Source: Octopus bimaculoides (Eukaryota). Taken from it: a DNA stretch of 45,130 nt. Shown here piece after piece: positions 42,291-45,130 of this stretch; the first letter of the stretch is position 1; each line of letters starts with the position of its first letter. The stretch is taken from positions 16,572,795-16,617,924 of the forward strand of contig NC_068983.1 of assembly GCF_001194135.2 (NCBI RefSeq). The letters are read 5' to 3'. The notes beneath the pieces were generated by a model. It ran no database searches. It was not told the origin of the DNA and saw only the letters and a list, made by a program, of their open reading frames with translations. A program made the translations under genes and the position numbers.

Positions 42291-42827
42291 TAAATTGTAA
42301 CCTCAAAATCATGTCATTTTTTTTTTTATTACTTGATAGAAAATTCTTACTTAGATTCAATCATAGACCTTATCAGTTCATTTTAACCATTTCTAAGAGC
42401 ACCCAAAGGTTATCTCCTTAAAGATTTTAAAGTGGGTTATGTAACTGATTGCATTTCATTTCAGCATGAAATATATATATAAAGTATATATGATATTTGT
42501 ATGAATTATATATGAAATAAATGTGAAATATAAATATGTATAATTTGTTAATTTGGAATCTCTTTTTAATGAATGGGGCTGTTAGCAGGATTATTTAACA
42601 TTAAAGGGACTGATGGACCCTAGGTGCCTCTAATGGAAACCAACAACTTAAACTTAGCATTTATACAGTTCTTAGAAATAGTAACTAAGTCTCCCTCACA
42701 TCACATTTTACTATCTTAAAAAGCAAAGAGCATATTTGATAATGTATTGGGTAGTTGGAATGCTTTTGATCATTGGTCTACTCAATCAGGTTTGACCTGG
42801 GGTTATATAATAACCACCACCATGGGT

Positions 42828-43048
42828 TTAACCCTTTTGTATTCATATTATTCTGTCAAATGTAATGCTTATTTATTAACATTGCTTTGAATTAATCCTG
42901 TATTATCTTGTAGTTTCAAGATTTTTATATGATTGTATATATATTTAGCATGATATTGTAGTATAAGAGGCTAAATCTGGTTGGTTTAAACATAAAACAT
43001 TAAAAATATTTGGGTCAGATATGGTTAGTTTAAATGCTAAAGAATTAA
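42828..43048. mobile_element. piggyBac-type MITE
   Basis: TTAACCCTTTT start and atgctaaagaaTTAA end; interior shared with 8655-8843. Confidence 0.65.
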
Positions 43049-45130
43049 AGACTACCTTCTGAAGATTTGGCTCTCTCTTTAGGGGCAAAAATTACTTTGT
43101 CACTGAAAGGTTACTATTGCTCTACAAATGCATCCCATACAAGAGTATTGATCTCACATCTGGAATAAAGCAGCTGTTTGCTCACAAGTATATTATTTTG
43201 CACACGCACTTTCTCTAAGCTATTTAGTTAATTGATACACCTTCACTGTCCAGTAAATTACAACCACTAATTCACTGACATCTGTTTTCTTCCTCTGTCT
43301 CTCCTTTATCATAGCCCAACTGATGCATCTAGCATTCATTGTCTCATCCCTACTGAGTTAGGTTTTTATTTATAAATATATTTCGTTTTTGCTCAGACTG
43401 GAGAAAGGCCAGTATCCATAATTTTTGTGGCTCCTTTGAGACTGATTTGGCTTGATGACATTAATCTTCTACTTAAACTGTTGTAGGTCAACACCTGCTG
43501 GAAAGACATGAATATAGAGAAGATTTTATAGGGTCAGTGCCAGTGGGGGTGGAGACTGTATTGTATGGGGCTGGGTTGGATGCAACAACAGTATGAGAAG
43601 TGGGTTGGAACTGCTTGAATGGAGAAGGTAAAAATCAATCAGCTCTGAAGAATAGAGACCATTATAGTAATGTAATTTTTCTGCCATACAAGTTGAATTT
43701 TTCAGACCGAAATTTACAGCTAAAACATCTTATACACCAATATGACTTTGGAAGACCAAAAATTCCATGTGAAATACAGCATGATTTGAAAAAATAGTGA
43801 TGATGTTTGGATATTTACACTATAAATTACATCAACTTGTATGTCAGGAAATACAGTAATGCTAGAAAAGACGAAGAGAATAGACGGTATGCCTGTGGAC
43901 CAGACACTGAGGAATGTCTATAAGGGTTTTAATGCCAATCAAACAAAGGACTCTTCTTTGACTGCAATCCAGGATGTCTTTGTATGTAGCAGCTGCACTG
44001 CCCTGGCTGTGGGAGCAGTACTCTGTTGTGGTACTCACTTAAGCCTTGTTGAGTGTCAGCAGCTGTTTAGCAGCCTCCAAACATCATTTATATACTTATA
44101 AAAAGGAAGTCTGTTTGTACATTGACTAATAACAAGAACTAAATAAAATTGGTAATAATCAAGGCCAACTAATCTGACTTGTGACACACTTGTATTAAAT
44201 ATTTTGCCTAATTGTCTTCTTGAGAACTCCGACACTCTCTTGCTCCCTGTATTTTCCCTCCTGACATCAAACTACAGAAATTCTAGCTGAACAACCATCA
44301 ACCTTACTAGTTTTTTGAGCTAATACGGGAACTTCTATGCTCAACATGCTAGAAATAGCAACCAAATCTTCCTCTGGTCATAATCTCTGGTCTTATAAAA
44401 AGGAAGGACTCATTAAATAATGTAGTCCTATGTATACTGCTATTACTACTACTTTTGCCAGTGTGATAGCTTCTGCATAGATGCTAGAAATAACAACCAA
44501 ATATTTCCAATATTGAGCCCTACCATCTTAAAAAGGGAAAGATACTTTGGCCAGTGGAGGTAATGTAGTCTCAGATTTGCTACTACTCCAACCTAAAACA
44601 ATGAAGGAAATTTTATGCTATTGTTAGACCTGTTAGAAAATATAGCCAGAAGTAGGGTGTGGTTTGAGGGACATTTGTCTTAAGAAACATTTGCCCCTTC
44701 TCAGATCAGTTCTTGGTTTAGTAGCATCAACTGATCCTTTTATCTTTTATTTCAATCACAAGAGTGTAGCATGCCGAGTCACTGCCTTGAAAGGTTTAGT
44801 CAAACAAATCAATTCTGGTGCTTGTTTTTTTAAGTCTGGTATTGACTCTACCAGTCTCTTTTACCTTACTTGGACGTAAACAAACCAACATCAGTTGTGA
44901 AGCAGAAGGAGATAGACAAGCACATATATATATATATACGATAGCTTCTACACAGTTTCTGTTTATAAAATTCATTCACAAGTTATTGGTTGGCTTGGGT
45001 CTATAATAGAAGACACTTGCCCAAGGTCCCATGCAGTGGGACTGAACCTGAAACCATATGGTTAGAAATCAAGCTTCTTAACCACATAGTTATGCCTGTC
45101 CTTGGGTATCTTTTATAATACACTTTATTG

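Noticed and set aside
43841-44101. 86-aa ORF as the next furin exon
   Set aside because: Lacks the expected prodomain continuation (I..DYY.F...KRS); no such exon was found anywhere in 35924-45130.

Overview
AT-rich, microsatellite- and transposon-dense eukaryotic draft-assembly DNA with 8 N gaps. The repeat families and (TA)n/(CA)n density suggest a coleoid cephalopod, probably Octopus; this is inferred from sequence style only. The only host gene I can support is the 5' end of a furin-like proprotein convertase on the + strand. It has a compact CpG-rich promoter at about 30.89-31.06 kb (two inverted GTCACGTGAT CLEAR/E-box elements, CCAAT, TATA), a probable non-coding first exon with a 15-codon uORF, and a first coding exon at 35510-35923. 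That exon encodes a 90-aa polyQ/polyH extension, a hydrophobic segment and the start of the S8 prodomain, and ends at the conserved ...NLGQ|GT phase-0 intron. The next exon was not found in the window. The rest is mobile DNA: RTE LINE fragments (one with a C4HC3 PHD-like finger inside the RT), tRNA-derived SINEs, two solo LTRs with 5-bp TSDs, a non-autonomous Helitron carrying a telomere-like array, decayed Tc1/mariner, hAT, Tigger-like and piggyBac-type elements, and a ~550-bp palindrome. The most notable signal is a set of three unrelated short repeats with a CUGAUGAAGG hammerhead-ribozyme-type core. Two fold as minimal type I hammerheads, and one of those sits inside a tRNA-headed SINE. Each has an inverted copy of its own 3' part at its 5' end, an architecture that points to Penelope-like (PLE)-dependent ribozyme retroelements. 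Most ORF-track entries are microsatellite or gap artefacts. All analysis was by eye; boundaries of degenerate repeats are approximate.
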